From positions 60,599 through 124,598 of the forward strand of contig CAVPJO010000006.1 of assembly GCA_963705425.1 (NCBI GenBank): a DNA stretch of 64,000 nucleotides, written 5' to 3'. The position numbers and the translations under genes are program-made. Origin of the DNA: an uncultured Chloroflexia bacterium. GTDB taxonomy: Bacteria; Chloroflexota; Limnocylindria; Limnocylindrales; CSP1-4. Positions 44,530-55,221 of this stretch are shown piece after piece (positions within the stretch are counted from its first letter, which is position 1; every line of letters begins with the position of its first letter). The notes beneath the pieces were generated by a model. It saw only the letters and a list, made by a program, of their open reading frames with translations. It was not told the DNA's origin and made no database searches.

Positions 44530-45245
44530 TGATGCAGGTCATCCCCAGCCTCGACCTCCAGAACGGTCGCTCCCGCCTGGTGTGGTGGCCGGGTGCATCG
44601 ACCGGGATCGGGCACGCCCACCGACCGGCCCGCGGCCATCGCCGAGGCTCTCGTGGCCCAGGGCGCACCGGCCATCCACCTGGTCGACCTCGATGGCGCG
44701 GCCGCAGGGCCGCCCCGCCAACCTCGAGGCCATCGGCGTCGGTCGCGCGCGCGGTCGCCAAGCCGCTGCAGCTGGCTGGCGGGGTCGATGGGCCGGAGCA
44801 GATCGAGATCGCCTTCGCCGCCGGCGCCACGCGCGTGGTCATGCCCCTGTGGGCGGTGGTCGAGGACCACGCCCTGCTGGCCGACTGCCTGCGCATCGGC
44901 GGCGACTGGCTGGCCGTGGGCATCGACGCCCGGCCCGAGAGCCTGCACGGCTACCCGTGGCGACATCGCCGCGAGCCGCGCCTCGCGGAGCTCGTCATCG
45001 AGCTGCACGCGGCGGGCGTGCGCCGCTTCGTCTTCTCGCACGTGCCGGCACGAAGGCGCCCGGCTGGTCGGCCAGTTCGCCGACGGCCTCGACGCCGAGG
45101 TCTCGTGGCCGGAGGCGTGACCACGCTCGACGGGCTACGGCGGCTGCGTGACGCCGGCGTGCGCCGGCGTCATCCTGGGAGAGGTGCTCTTCACCGGCGC
45201 CATCGACCTGGGCGAGGCCAATTCGCGCTCCTCGCCTGAGCGCGT
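44530..45245 (+). pseudogene. HisA/PriA-like (beta/alpha)8-barrel isomerase-family protein, about 3 frameshifts
   Basis: MQVIPSLDLQNGRSRLVWWPG; then AIHLVDLDGAAAGPPRQP; then LAGGVDGPEQIEIAFAAGATRVVM; then a C-terminal GVILGEVLFTGAIDLGEA block. These are the HisA-type VIPSIDL and DLDGA signatures. Confidence 0.45.
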
Positions 45246-45587
45246 ACTCTCGCGCGCTGCGAACGTTCAGCGGTTGCACGCGAAATGTTATGGAAATCTT
45301 CATCTATGCAACGTGCATATACCGCTTGAGTTATGCTGCCCGTCTGCCGCTACTATCCTGGCGCGTGCTGCTCGACAGCACTACTGACCTAGACGCAAGG
45401 TCATGGGTAGGTTGGGTTAGGGTAGCCGGTGAAGCCGGCGTCATAGATGCCCTTGCGACGTGGCAGAAGATCGGGAGCTTGCTCCGGATCAAGCCGGGAC
45501 AGTTAAAGCGACCCCGTTTCGACGGGGTCGCCTCGATTCTGGGGACCTTCGCTGCGAGCCGGCCCCGCATGGACCGCGGTCGCCTAG

Positions 45588-46998
<1,411 letters not shown>

Positions 46999-47007
46999 GT
47001 CGCGAAT

Positions 47008-47775
47008 CTACTGCAGGTTGACCAGCAGCCCCCCGTCGACGATGACCTCAGCGCCATTGATGTAGCGGGCCTCGTCACGAACCAGCAGCCTGACCACGTC
47101 CCCGATGTCGACCGGATCGCCGATACGCCCGACCGGGATGCGTCCCTGGAAGTACTCCGTCTTGCCCGGCTGGGCGAAGTCATCGCGGTTGATGTCGGTG
47201 GTGATGGGGCCGGGCAGGACCGCATTGCAGGTGATGCCGTGCGGGCCGAGCACGATGGCCATGGACCGCATCAGCGCAGCCAGGCCGGCCTTGGTCGAGC
47301 AGTAGTGGGCCTGTTCCGCGCCACCGACCAGCGCCGAGATCGAGGAGATGACGATGATGCGCCCACCGGCTCCCCGCTCGACCATGGCCCTGGCCGCGGC
47401 CTGCGCCGTGAGGAACGCGCCCTTGAGGTTGACCGCGTGAGTCCGGTCCCAGGTCTCCTCGGTCAGTTCGAAGAACGGGGTGAACGGACAGATCCCGGCG
47501 TTGAGCACGACGACATCGAGGTGGCCCAGCTGCTCCAGCGCCCGGGCCACCATGGTCTTGACCGCAGGGCCGTCGGCCATGTCGGCTTGGAGCAGGACCG
47601 CCTCGCCGCCGACAGCCTCCACTTCGGCGGCAGCCTCGCGGGCAGCCGCTTGGTTGCTGTCGTAGTTGATGCCCACTGCATAGCCGTCGGTCGCGAGAGA
47701 GACCGCGATGCCGCGGCCGATGCCCCGCGAGGCGCCGGTCACCAGCGCAGTGCGGCGCTCCTGTGTGGCATTCAC
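47008..47775 (-). CDS. SDR family oxidoreductase (FabG-like)
   Basis: TALVTGASRGIGRGIA, NAG and YCSTKAG motifs. Intact. Confidence 0.85.
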   Translation of the reverse strand: MNATQERRTALVTGASRGIGRGIAVSLATDGYAVGINYDSNQAAAREAAAEVEAVGGEAVLLQADMADGPAVKTMVARALEQLGHLDVVVLNAGICPFTPFFELTEETWDRTHAVNLKGAFLTAQAAARAMVERGAGGRIIVISSISALVGGAEQAHYCSTKAGLAALMRSMAIVLGPHGITCNAVLPGPITTDINRDDFAQPGKTEYFQGRIPVGRIGDPVDIGDVVRLLVRDEARYINGAEVIVDGGLLVNLQ

Positions 47776-48263
47776 CTTCGGTCGGTCGCCTCCACTCGGT
47801 AGACCCGCAAGCAGTGCCCTACGCCGAACAGGCTGAAAAGCCGTCGGTCGGATGCTGGGAAGAGATCGATGACCTCAGCCATGGCTACGACCTGGGGCCG
47901 GTCGACCTCGTAGCTGACGCCGTCCTTGACGATGGTGGCGCTGCCACTCGCGAGCACGTTGCGGGTCCACTGCGTACGGTCACCGTAGACCATGGCCATC
48001 ACGAAACCGTCGTCGCTGGGCTCGATGCCGAGCGGGGTCGCATAGGCCTTGCCCGAGGTGCGGCCAGTGTGGTGGAGCACACCGGCGAAGGCACCGGGCT
48101 GGCCGGCCGACTCCATCTGGCCCGGATTGAAGAAGCGGATGTTGAGCCGACGCACGGTGTCGAGCAGGGGTGGCCACTTGGCGCGCATGCCACCGATGAA
48201 CACGGCTCCGAGCGCGATGAACCCGACGAGGATGGCTCCCAGCACTGAGGCGATCGCGGTCAT
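47772..48263 (-). CDS. Deazaflavin (F420H2)-dependent nitroreductase-family protein (Ddn-like, DUF385)
   Basis: NIRFFNP ... LHHTGRTSGKAYATPL ... core resembles the Ddn family. ATGA overlap with the SDR gene. Confidence 0.7.
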   Translation of the reverse strand: MTAIASVLGAILVGFIALGAVFIGGMRAKWPPLLDTVRRLNIRFFNPGQMESAGQPGAFAGVLHHTGRTSGKAYATPLGIEPSDDGFVMAMVYGDRTQWTRNVLASGSATIVKDGVSYEVDRPQVVAMAEVIDLFPASDRRLFSLFGVGHCLRVYRVEATDRR

Positions 48264-48684
48264 GGCCCGACGATACGCCTCTGGTCGCTGCCGATGGAGG
48301 GCCCTTGGCCCGACGGCTGGTCCGGGTGCTGCAGCCTGACCTCATGTGTCCAGGCGACGATGTCGCGGGCTCGCCCGGCGGTCGTGGCCGGGCGCGAGGC
48401 GACCTGGGTCACGAGAGCACCGCCCGGTTCCGAGCCTGGCACGATGTCGCGCCCGACCCCTGGCTGCTGCAGGCCGTCGCATCGGTCGAGTTCGCTCGTG
48501 GGCTGCACAGGCCGGGTCCGTGGCCGGGCCGGTCACGGCGCCGAGAGGCCGTCGCGCGAGGCCAGCGTCGGCCCAACAGACGGCGAAGTGGCGAGGCGGC
48601 GAGAGGCGCCGTCTCAAGGAGGCAGGAGACTACCGCCACGACGCACGCTCGAACCGCATCCGCGTACACTGCCGTTGTCTTGTG

Positions 48685-48759
48685 CGCCCGTAGCTCAGTG
48701 GATAGAGCGTCTGCCTCCGGAGCAGAAGGTCGTGGGTTCGAGTCCCGCCGGGCGCGCCA
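48685..48759 (+). tRNA. tRNA-Arg: tRNA-Arg (anticodon CCG), CCA encoded
   Basis: GCGCCCGTAGCTCAGTGGATAGAGCGTCTGCCTCCGGAGCAGAAGGTCGTGGGTTCGAGTCCCGCCGGGCGCGCCA. Anticodon stem TCTGC/GCAGA, loop CTCCGGA. Confidence 0.9.
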
Positions 48760-49090
48760 AACCCCCGGTTTCACGCTTACAACGGGCGGATGACCCTGTC
48801 CCTGCGTCGTCGTCGCTCCGCGGCGTCCATGTTGTTGCGCAGAGCATCTGCCGCTTGGCAGAGCTTGCCCTCGAAGCTGGGCTCGGCCTTGGAGTTGTTC
48901 CTGCCGCCCTTGGTGTCTGCCACTCAGCCCTTCCTCTTGCGCCTCCCATCGACGATGGGCGACAGTACACATCAAGATGCTCAGCCAATGAGGTCGTAGG
49001 GCGGCAGAACCGAGAACACCGCAGTCGGTGTGGTACGGGGTGAATGGCGACTGCGAGTGGCGCTGTCCACCTCCCTGCAGAAGAAACATC

Positions 49091-50302
49091 TCAAGAGCTG
49101 TCCTCGTCCCCGACCGCGTCCATCACGTCGGGAGCGACGTACATATCCTGATGTCCACGCGTGCCTACCTGGCTGAGTATCCCGAGCTCCTTGAGCCTCT
49201 GAACCTGCCGACGGGCATTGTGGTAGGGAACATCCAAGAGCTCTTGCGCCAGCGCGATCGTGATGAATGGCCGCTCAATCAGACGGCCCGCAAGCATGAC
49301 CGCACCTCCGGGTGCACGGGCGGATGCAGCGCGATCTTGCAGGCTGTCGCGAAGTTCGAACAGGCGCTTCGCACGCGTTGTTGCGTCCTTTGCCTGGATA
49401 GCCACGCCCTGTAGGAAGAACGAGAACCAGGCTGACCACTCCCCTCGTTCGGTGACGCCCTGGAGTCTCTCGTAGTACTCGACGCGGTTCCTTTCCAGAT
49501 ACGCGGAGAGATAGAGAAGCGGCAAAGGCAGAAGGCCCCAGTGAACGAAGAGCAGAGAGACGAGCAGACGGCCTACCCGCCCGTTCCCGTCATTGAACGG
49601 GTGGATGGCCTCGAACTGGTAGTGGATGGCGGCGAGGCGGACAAGTCGATGGAGCAATGGGTCGTCGGAACGTGCGTACTCCTCAAACTGCTGTAGGGCG
49701 TCGCGCATCTGAACTGGCGGAGGCGGAATGTAGGTCGCAGTGGTGAGCGTTGCCCCAGGTGGGCCGATCAGGTTCTGTCCGTCACGAAACTCGCCGGGAG
49801 TCAGCTCTCGGCCCCGTACGCCCCGCATCAGATGGGAGTGAAGTTCTCGTAGCAGCGCCAAAGACACCGGATAGTGCTGGATGGCGTCGATACCTCTATT
49901 GAGAGCTGTCACATAGTTGAGGACCTCGCGAACATCCCGTGGCTGCCCGCGACGGGTCCGAGTGTTCTCGTCCTCATCGTCGGCCACTCCAGGTAGTCGG
50001 AGTTGTGCTTCGAATGCGTACAAGTCCGCGATCGTCGCCTGGGTTCCCTCGATTCGCGACGATAGGACGGCTTCCTTCCTGAGAAACGGACTCAGCAGGA
50101 TATTTGCGTTCGCCAGATTGCTGCCTGCGCCAGCGAGTTCGCCAAGGGCTCCCGCCGCATCGCCGAGCACGGTGGCGAGTGGAGCGTCGAACTCGAACTG
50201 GGGCGGGAGGGCGCCGGGCACCCAAGCCCAGTAGTCAAGGCCGTGGTGCTCCGCCCGCACCGAGTGGCCGGGTCCGCCCCAGGATCGTGGGTCTGTGACC
50301 AT
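49091..50302 (-). CDS. Fic/DOC family protein with N-terminal Fic_N-like domain
   Basis: HPFNDGNGRVGRLL (Fic motif HPFx[D/E]GNGRxxR) and upstream SSRIEGT. 403 aa, intact. Confidence 0.8.
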   Translation of the reverse strand: MVTDPRSWGGPGHSVRAEHHGLDYWAWVPGALPPQFEFDAPLATVLGDAAGALGELAGAGSNLANANILLSPFLRKEAVLSSRIEGTQATIADLYAFEAQLRLPGVADDEDENTRTRRGQPRDVREVLNYVTALNRGIDAIQHYPVSLALLRELHSHLMRGVRGRELTPGEFRDGQNLIGPPGATLTTATYIPPPPVQMRDALQQFEEYARSDDPLLHRLVRLAAIHYQFEAIHPFNDGNGRVGRLLVSLLFVHWGLLPLPLLYLSAYLERNRVEYYERLQGVTERGEWSAWFSFFLQGVAIQAKDATTRAKRLFELRDSLQDRAASARAPGGAVMLAGRLIERPFITIALAQELLDVPYHNARRQVQRLKELGILSQVGTRGHQDMYVAPDVMDAVGDEDSS

Positions 50303-50523
50303 GCGTCTACTCTAGCGTAGAGTTACATCTGATGTCAGCCCATGTAACTCTAGCGACAGCGACTTACAGGAATGTCAATAGAGATCGGTGAAAGTCCATC
50401 TGGCCCCCCAGGATGTCACTGGCGTCAACGCACACAGGAAAGGACCCGCATTTGACAGCACGATACCTCGACGCATTCAACCCCCCACCGCACGCTCATG
50501 CCACAACGCTTCGGGTCGGATAT

Positions 50524-50585
50524 CTCCGGAGCAGAAGGCCGTGGTTCGAATCCCGCCGGGCGCGCCACTCCCTTGGCTTCACGCT
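50524..50585 (+). repeat. Partial direct repeat of the 3' half of tRNA-Arg plus about 20 nt of its 3' flank (att-like scar)
   Basis: CTCCGGAGCAGAAGGcCGTGG-TTCGAaTCCCGCCGGGCGCGCCActCCCttGGcTTCACGCT compared with 48713-48780 CTCCGGAGCAGAAGGtCGTGGgTTCGAgTCCCGCCGGGCGCGCCAaaCCCccGGtTTCACGCT. Confidence 0.65.
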
Positions 50586-50873
50586 AGTGAGGAGTGACGT
50601 CCCGAGTCGGCCGTCAACGGCAACCTGCGGTTCCACATCGAGTCAGCGAACACACCGCGATGATCACGCTTGCCCCAACAGCCAGGACAGGTACGCGGAC
50701 TCGGGCCCAGCAGGGTCGCAGCTTCCCGCCGCCGCCCATGTGTTGCGATCAGGTGTAGTCCAATCGGGCCATGGGCCCGTACCAGCGATCCGGTGCCCGA
50801 TGTGGTCGAGAGCGGTAGCGTCCCCACTAGGCCTACGGCCCATGCGCGAAAGTCATGCATTTGGGGGTACTTG

Positions 50874-51953
50874 GTGTTCTACAGCAGACGAATCCGACTC
50901 ACACTGATGGCGACGATGGCGGCAGTGCTCGCGGTGGGCACCATGGGCGCAGCCGGCGCTGAGCCTGAGGAAGGCTCCGAGCTCCACTTCCTGAACTGGG
51001 AGGAGTACGTCGACCCGCAAGTCGTCGAGGACTTCGAAGCGGAGTTCGGCATCGACGTCATCATCGACTTCTTCTCAGACGAGAACGAGCTTGTGTCGGT
51101 CATCCAGGCTGACACGTCGCGATACGATCTCTTCACTACCTCTGACGCGACGCTCCACGAGATGATCGTGCAGCGGCTCGTCGCTGAGCTGGACCTCGAC
51201 AACATCCCGAACCTGGTCAACGTGGATCCGCGCTACCTCGATCTGCCCAACGATCCCGGCAGCAAGCACAGTGTGCCCTACGACTGGGGCACGACAGGGC
51301 TCGTCTACAACACCGACTGCATCCAGCCCGAAGAGGAATCCTGGAGCCTGCTGATGGACCCGCGTGTTCGCGGACGAATCGGCATGGACACGGACTTTCA
51401 GGTGGTCCTGGGAAGCGCCTTGAAGAGCCTGGGCTACCCGCTCAACTCGGGTGATCCGGCGCAGATCGAGGAGGCGGTGGATCGCTTGATGGAGTTGAAG
51501 TTGGATCAGGGCATGGAGTTCATCGTCTGGAACGACATGCTCGATCGGGTCACTGCGGGCGATCTGTGTGTGGGGCTCGCGTTCAACGGTGACGCGGCCG
51601 TCTACATGGATGAGTACGACAACCTTGGATACTTCGTGCCCACTGAGGGGTCGGATTTCTACCTCGACGTCCTGGCCATCCCTCGCGATGCTCCGAACAA
51701 GGCCGCTGCAGAGTCGTTCATCGACTATCTGCTCAGGCCGGAGGTGCATGCCGCGAACAACGAGTACACGGGCTACGCCGTCCCCAATCGGGCGTCCATC
51801 GAGGAGGGGTACGTCAGCGCAGAGATACTGGCTGACCCCGTCATCTATCCGGACACTGCCGGTCTCGAAGCGTGGATGCCCTTTGCCGCGGACTCTGACC
51901 GTCTGGGTCTCTGGAACGAGGCCTGGTCCAGATTCGTCCTGGCGACCAGCTAG
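50874..51953 (+). CDS. Periplasmic polyamine-binding protein, PotD/PotF/NspS-like (orphan SBP; alternative start 50907)
   Basis: Signal peptide RRIRLTLMATMAAVLAVGTMGAAGA. PotD-like blocks (LHFLNWEEYVDPQVVEDFEAEFGI, VPYDWGTTGLVYN, DFYLDVLAIPRDAPNKAAAESFIDYLLRPEV). Confidence 0.75.
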   Translation: MFYSRRIRLTLMATMAAVLAVGTMGAAGAEPEEGSELHFLNWEEYVDPQVVEDFEAEFGIDVIIDFFSDENELVSVIQADTSRYDLFTTSDATLHEMIVQRLVAELDLDNIPNLVNVDPRYLDLPNDPGSKHSVPYDWGTTGLVYNTDCIQPEEESWSLLMDPRVRGRIGMDTDFQVVLGSALKSLGYPLNSGDPAQIEEAVDRLMELKLDQGMEFIVWNDMLDRVTAGDLCVGLAFNGDAAVYMDEYDNLGYFVPTEGSDFYLDVLAIPRDAPNKAAAESFIDYLLRPEVHAANNEYTGYAVPNRASIEEGYVSAEILADPVIYPDTAGLEAWMPFAADSDRLGLWNEAWSRFVLATS

Positions 51954-51973
51954 TCCAGGGCCGTAACGGACGC

Positions 51974-54445
51974 GTGTCGCCGTTTCGATCGTCGCTTCGC
52001 CGCATCGTCCTTGGAGGCAGCTTCCGAGGACGATTCGGCCGCGCCTCAGTGCTCACCGCACTGGCACCCCTGCTGGCGCTGGCCCTGGTCTTCGTGACGT
52101 CGGCGCGAACCGATCTCGAAGGCGTGGCCAGAGAAAACCTGGCGAACCAGGCGCGCCTCCAGGCGACTGCGGTGGACAGCGTCCTCAAGAACGCAAGCGA
52201 GGCCGTGGGGGTGCTGGCGGCCAATCCCATCCTCCGCGATGAGGATGCGGAACCGGAACAGATCCGTCAGCAGCTCGACGCCTATAGCCAGTTCGACGAG
52301 ATCGTGCTCTTGCACCCGGCCGGAGTGGTCATCGAGGCTACGTCGTATCGCTTCTCCGGCCGTTGGGATGCGAACGCCGCCTTCCGTGGCGCGATGGCGG
52401 GGCGACAGGTCATGACACCGCCGCTCTTCTATTCCGATCCAGATCGACTCGTCGTTGAGCACGCCGCTCCGGTCATCAGAGACGGTGACGTCGTGGCCGT
52501 GGTCGTGGGTACCATGAACATGGATCGCGTTTGGCAGGCCCTCGACGACGTCACCATCGGGCGGTCCGGCTACTTCGCTGCATTCGACCAGCATGGCAAT
52601 GTCATCGCACACCCGGACAAGTCGCTGGTCCTCCGGAAGTTGGAGGGCTTCCCGTCCTCGAGCGATGGCTCGAGCGAGACTCCCGTTCGATACGTTCAGC
52701 CCGATGGAACGGCCCAGGTCGGCTACAGCGTGACCGTCCCATCCTCCGGGTGGCGCGTGGCTGCGCTCGAGCCGGAGGACGAGGCCTACGCTATCGCAGA
52801 TACGGCGGTGTCCAGGGTCTGGCTCGTGGCCATCGTGGCCCTGTTGATCGCGCTCGGCACGGTGCTCGTCGTGTCCCGCGCGGTCTCCAAGCCGATGGAG
52901 ACGGTGAACATGGCCATGCGCAGCATCGCCGACGGCCACCTGGAGCAGCGGGTCCGACCGGCAGGACTCGAAGAGATCGACCGGCTGGCGGGCTCGTTCA
53001 ACGCGATGGCCGCCGAGCTGGAGGAGCGCAGCGCTCTGCTGGATGCGGAGATGGCCGAGCGCGACCGCGCCGAGCAGCGCATCAAGTACCAGGCCTATCA
53101 CGACCCCTTGACCGGTCTGCCCAACCGGATGCTACTCAAGGATCGCCTGGACCTGGCCCAGGCGGATGCGCGTCGAAGCGGCGAAGCGTTGGCCCTGATG
53201 TTCCTCGACCTGGATCGCTTCAAGCTGGTCAACGATTCGATGGGTCACACGTTCGGCGACGAGCTGCTCTTGAGTGTCGCCGATCGGATCACCAGCGAGC
53301 TGCGGGAGGGTGATTCGGTGGCCCGTGTGGGTGGCGACGAATACGTCCTGTTGCTGCCGCGCGTGTCGGGCCCGGAAGAGGCCCTCGCGGCTGCTCACCG
53401 GGTCGTCGAGAGTCTGCGCGTGCCCTGGGAGGTGGACGGCAGGGAGTTCCACCTCACGGCCAGTATCGGGATCGCGTTGTACCCCGGTGACGGGGTCGAT
53501 GCCGAGTCGCTGATGCGGAACGCCGACACCGCCATGTATCAGGCCAAGGAAGAGGGGCGGGACCGCATCCGGGTCTTCCGAGCCGAGATGGACGAGAGCG
53601 TCCAGCAACGGGTGAGGCTCGAGCAGGACCTGCGCCTCGCGCTGCAGCTGGAGCAGTTCGTGCTCCACTACCAGCCCCTGGTCCATTCCGATACGGGTCG
53701 CGTCACCGGCATGGAAGCGCTGCTGCGCTGGGACTGTCCCAAGCGTGGACTCGTGCCCCCGGACAGGTTCATCTCCCTCGCCGAAGAGACCGGTCTCATC
53801 TGGGAACTCGGCCGCTGGGTGCTCAGGACGGCCTGCGCCCAGGTCCAGGCCTGGACCGCATCCGGGCAGATCGATAGCTTGTCGGTGTCTGTGAATGTCT
53901 CGGCTCGGCAGTTCCATGACATGGGCATCGTCGACGAGGTCCAAAGCGCCCTGGCCGAGACGGGCCTGCCTCCAGGCCAACTCGAGCTCGAGATCACCGA
54001 GAGCACCGCGATGCGCGACGTCGAGCACAGCATACGAACGCTCACCCGGCTCAGGGAGATGGGTGTGCGCGTGTCGATCGACGACTTCGGTACCGGCTAC
54101 TCCTCGCTCTCATACCTCAAACGGTTCCCGGTCGACATCGTCAAGATCGACCGCTCATTCGTGATGGACATCTCCCACGACCCCGATGATGCCGCCATCG
54201 TGGCCGCCATCATCGCCCTGGCCAGGAGCCTCAAGATGGAAACCGTGGCCGAAGGGGTCGAAACGGACGAACAACTCGCATTCCTGCAGGCGCACGGTTG
54301 CCCGTCATTCCAGGGGTTCCTCTTCAGCAAGGCACTGCCCCCAGCGGAACTGGTTCGACTGCTGGCCGACGGCGCATTCCGGGAATCCGAGCCGCGCGAC
54401 ACGACGATGCCAGCGCTCCGGCGGCAGCTCGCGCTCAGCCAGTAG
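51974..54445 (+). CDS. Membrane-bound sensory GGDEF-EAL protein (periplasmic Cache-like domain, HAMP, diguanylate cyclase and phosphodiesterase domains), MbaA-like
   Basis: TM helix, an about 250-aa periplasmic domain and a second TM helix. HAMP. RVGGDEYVLLL (GGDEY variant). EAL domain with GMEALLRW, DDFGTGYSSL and KIDRSFV. 823 aa, intact. Confidence 0.9.
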   Translation: MSPFRSSLRRIVLGGSFRGRFGRASVLTALAPLLALALVFVTSARTDLEGVARENLANQARLQATAVDSVLKNASEAVGVLAANPILRDEDAEPEQIRQQLDAYSQFDEIVLLHPAGVVIEATSYRFSGRWDANAAFRGAMAGRQVMTPPLFYSDPDRLVVEHAAPVIRDGDVVAVVVGTMNMDRVWQALDDVTIGRSGYFAAFDQHGNVIAHPDKSLVLRKLEGFPSSSDGSSETPVRYVQPDGTAQVGYSVTVPSSGWRVAALEPEDEAYAIADTAVSRVWLVAIVALLIALGTVLVVSRAVSKPMETVNMAMRSIADGHLEQRVRPAGLEEIDRLAGSFNAMAAELEERSALLDAEMAERDRAEQRIKYQAYHDPLTGLPNRMLLKDRLDLAQADARRSGEALALMFLDLDRFKLVNDSMGHTFGDELLLSVADRITSELREGDSVARVGGDEYVLLLPRVSGPEEALAAAHRVVESLRVPWEVDGREFHLTASIGIALYPGDGVDAESLMRNADTAMYQAKEEGRDRIRVFRAEMDESVQQRVRLEQDLRLALQLEQFVLHYQPLVHSDTGRVTGMEALLRWDCPKRGLVPPDRFISLAEETGLIWELGRWVLRTACAQVQAWTASGQIDSLSVSVNVSARQFHDMGIVDEVQSALAETGLPPGQLELEITESTAMRDVEHSIRTLTRLREMGVRVSIDDFGTGYSSLSYLKRFPVDIVKIDRSFVMDISHDPDDAAIVAAIIALARSLKMETVAEGVETDEQLAFLQAHGCPSFQGFLFSKALPPAELVRLLADGAFRESEPRDTTMPALRRQLALSQ

Positions 54446-54449
54446 GGGC

Positions 54450-54830
54450 ACGGTACGCCGCCGCTAGCGGCGCGGGTCGAGCGCGGCCGGGATCTCCGCT
54501 GCGCCTGTCTCGCGACCCGTGGGTCGACCGCATCCGAAGAGGTCACCAAGGCCACATTCCTGCGTGCCCATCGGTCACTCGTCGGCCTTGATGGAGCCGC
54601 GACAGTCCGCCCGTGGCTCATGGACGTCACCGCGACGGTCGCGAAGACGCAACTCCGGCAGCCCCATGCCGACACATGCGGAGCGTGAGGCGTTGGCGGC
54701 AGCGTTTGACGGCCTGACCGACCGGGACCAGCGCATCATCGAGTCCCGCTACGGCTTCGACCTGACTCGCGACGAAGCTGCGGTTCGCATGGCCTCAAGA
54801 CCTGAGGGGCGTGGCTCCGGTCAGGGCTCG
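54450..54830 (+). pseudogene. Remnant of an ECF-type sigma-70 family factor (regions 2 and 4 in different frames)
   Basis: EEVTKATFLRAHRSLVGLDGAATVRPWLMDVTATVAKTQLR (region-2-like) in one frame. EREALAAAFDGLTDRDQRIIESRYGFDLTRDEAAVRMA (region-4 HTH) in another. Confidence 0.35.
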
Positions 54831-55216
54831 AGGGTGACCACCGTCCAGCCGGCCAGGCCGTCAGTCGGGCAGGAGCCCGATGTGGTGACGAGGATCCGCT
54901 CTCCAGCCTCAGCGGCCTCGCGGTAGGCGTCGATCTCGCTGAAGTCACATGGTGCGTAGACCGAGCTGTCGCGGAAACGCAGCCGATCCTGCCAGGAGTG
55001 GATGAGGTCCTTCTCGGTGGCCAGTGCGAACTCCGAGTAGCTCTGGTCGTCGATCCGGTCGAGCTCGCCGGGCACCTGCCGCCAGACCTCCCTCATGGGA
55101 AAGGAGCTGTCGACCACCACGAACACCCGCTCGGTGTCCCGTGACAGCGAGATGAGCACGGCGAGCGCCCCGAAGACGAGCAGCAGCCCGGCCAGGAAGA
55201 TAGCCAAGGGCTTCAA
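54821..55216 (-). CDS. Small N-terminally anchored membrane/secreted protein, last gene of the TelA/vWA operon
   Basis: MKPLAIFLAGLLLVFGALAVLISL anchor. Lies 5 nt downstream of the vWA gene. Confidence 0.5.
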   Translation of the reverse strand: MKPLAIFLAGLLLVFGALAVLISLSRDTERVFVVVDSSFPMREVWRQVPGELDRIDDQSYSEFALATEKDLIHSWQDRLRFRDSSVYAPCDFSEIDAYREAAEAGERILVTTSGSCPTDGLAGWTVVTLEP

Positions 55217-55221
55217 GCTGC

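Noticed and set aside
42839-45151. 770-aa plus-strand ORF
   Set aside because: It runs through several different genes and frames (DUF885 fragments, the HisA-like gene). The low-complexity Arg/Pro/Gly stretches are typical of out-of-frame GC-rich translation.
45500-45560. TTCGACGGGG-like motif reminiscent of a tmRNA 5' end
   Set aside because: It is only a short perfect hairpin. No tRNA-like acceptor or T-arm pairing and no tag reading frame are evident nearby.
48760-49090. Integrase gene expected next to the tRNA-Arg att site
   Set aside because: No tyrosine-recombinase motifs in any frame between the tRNA and the Fic gene. Only short GC-artefact ORFs are present.
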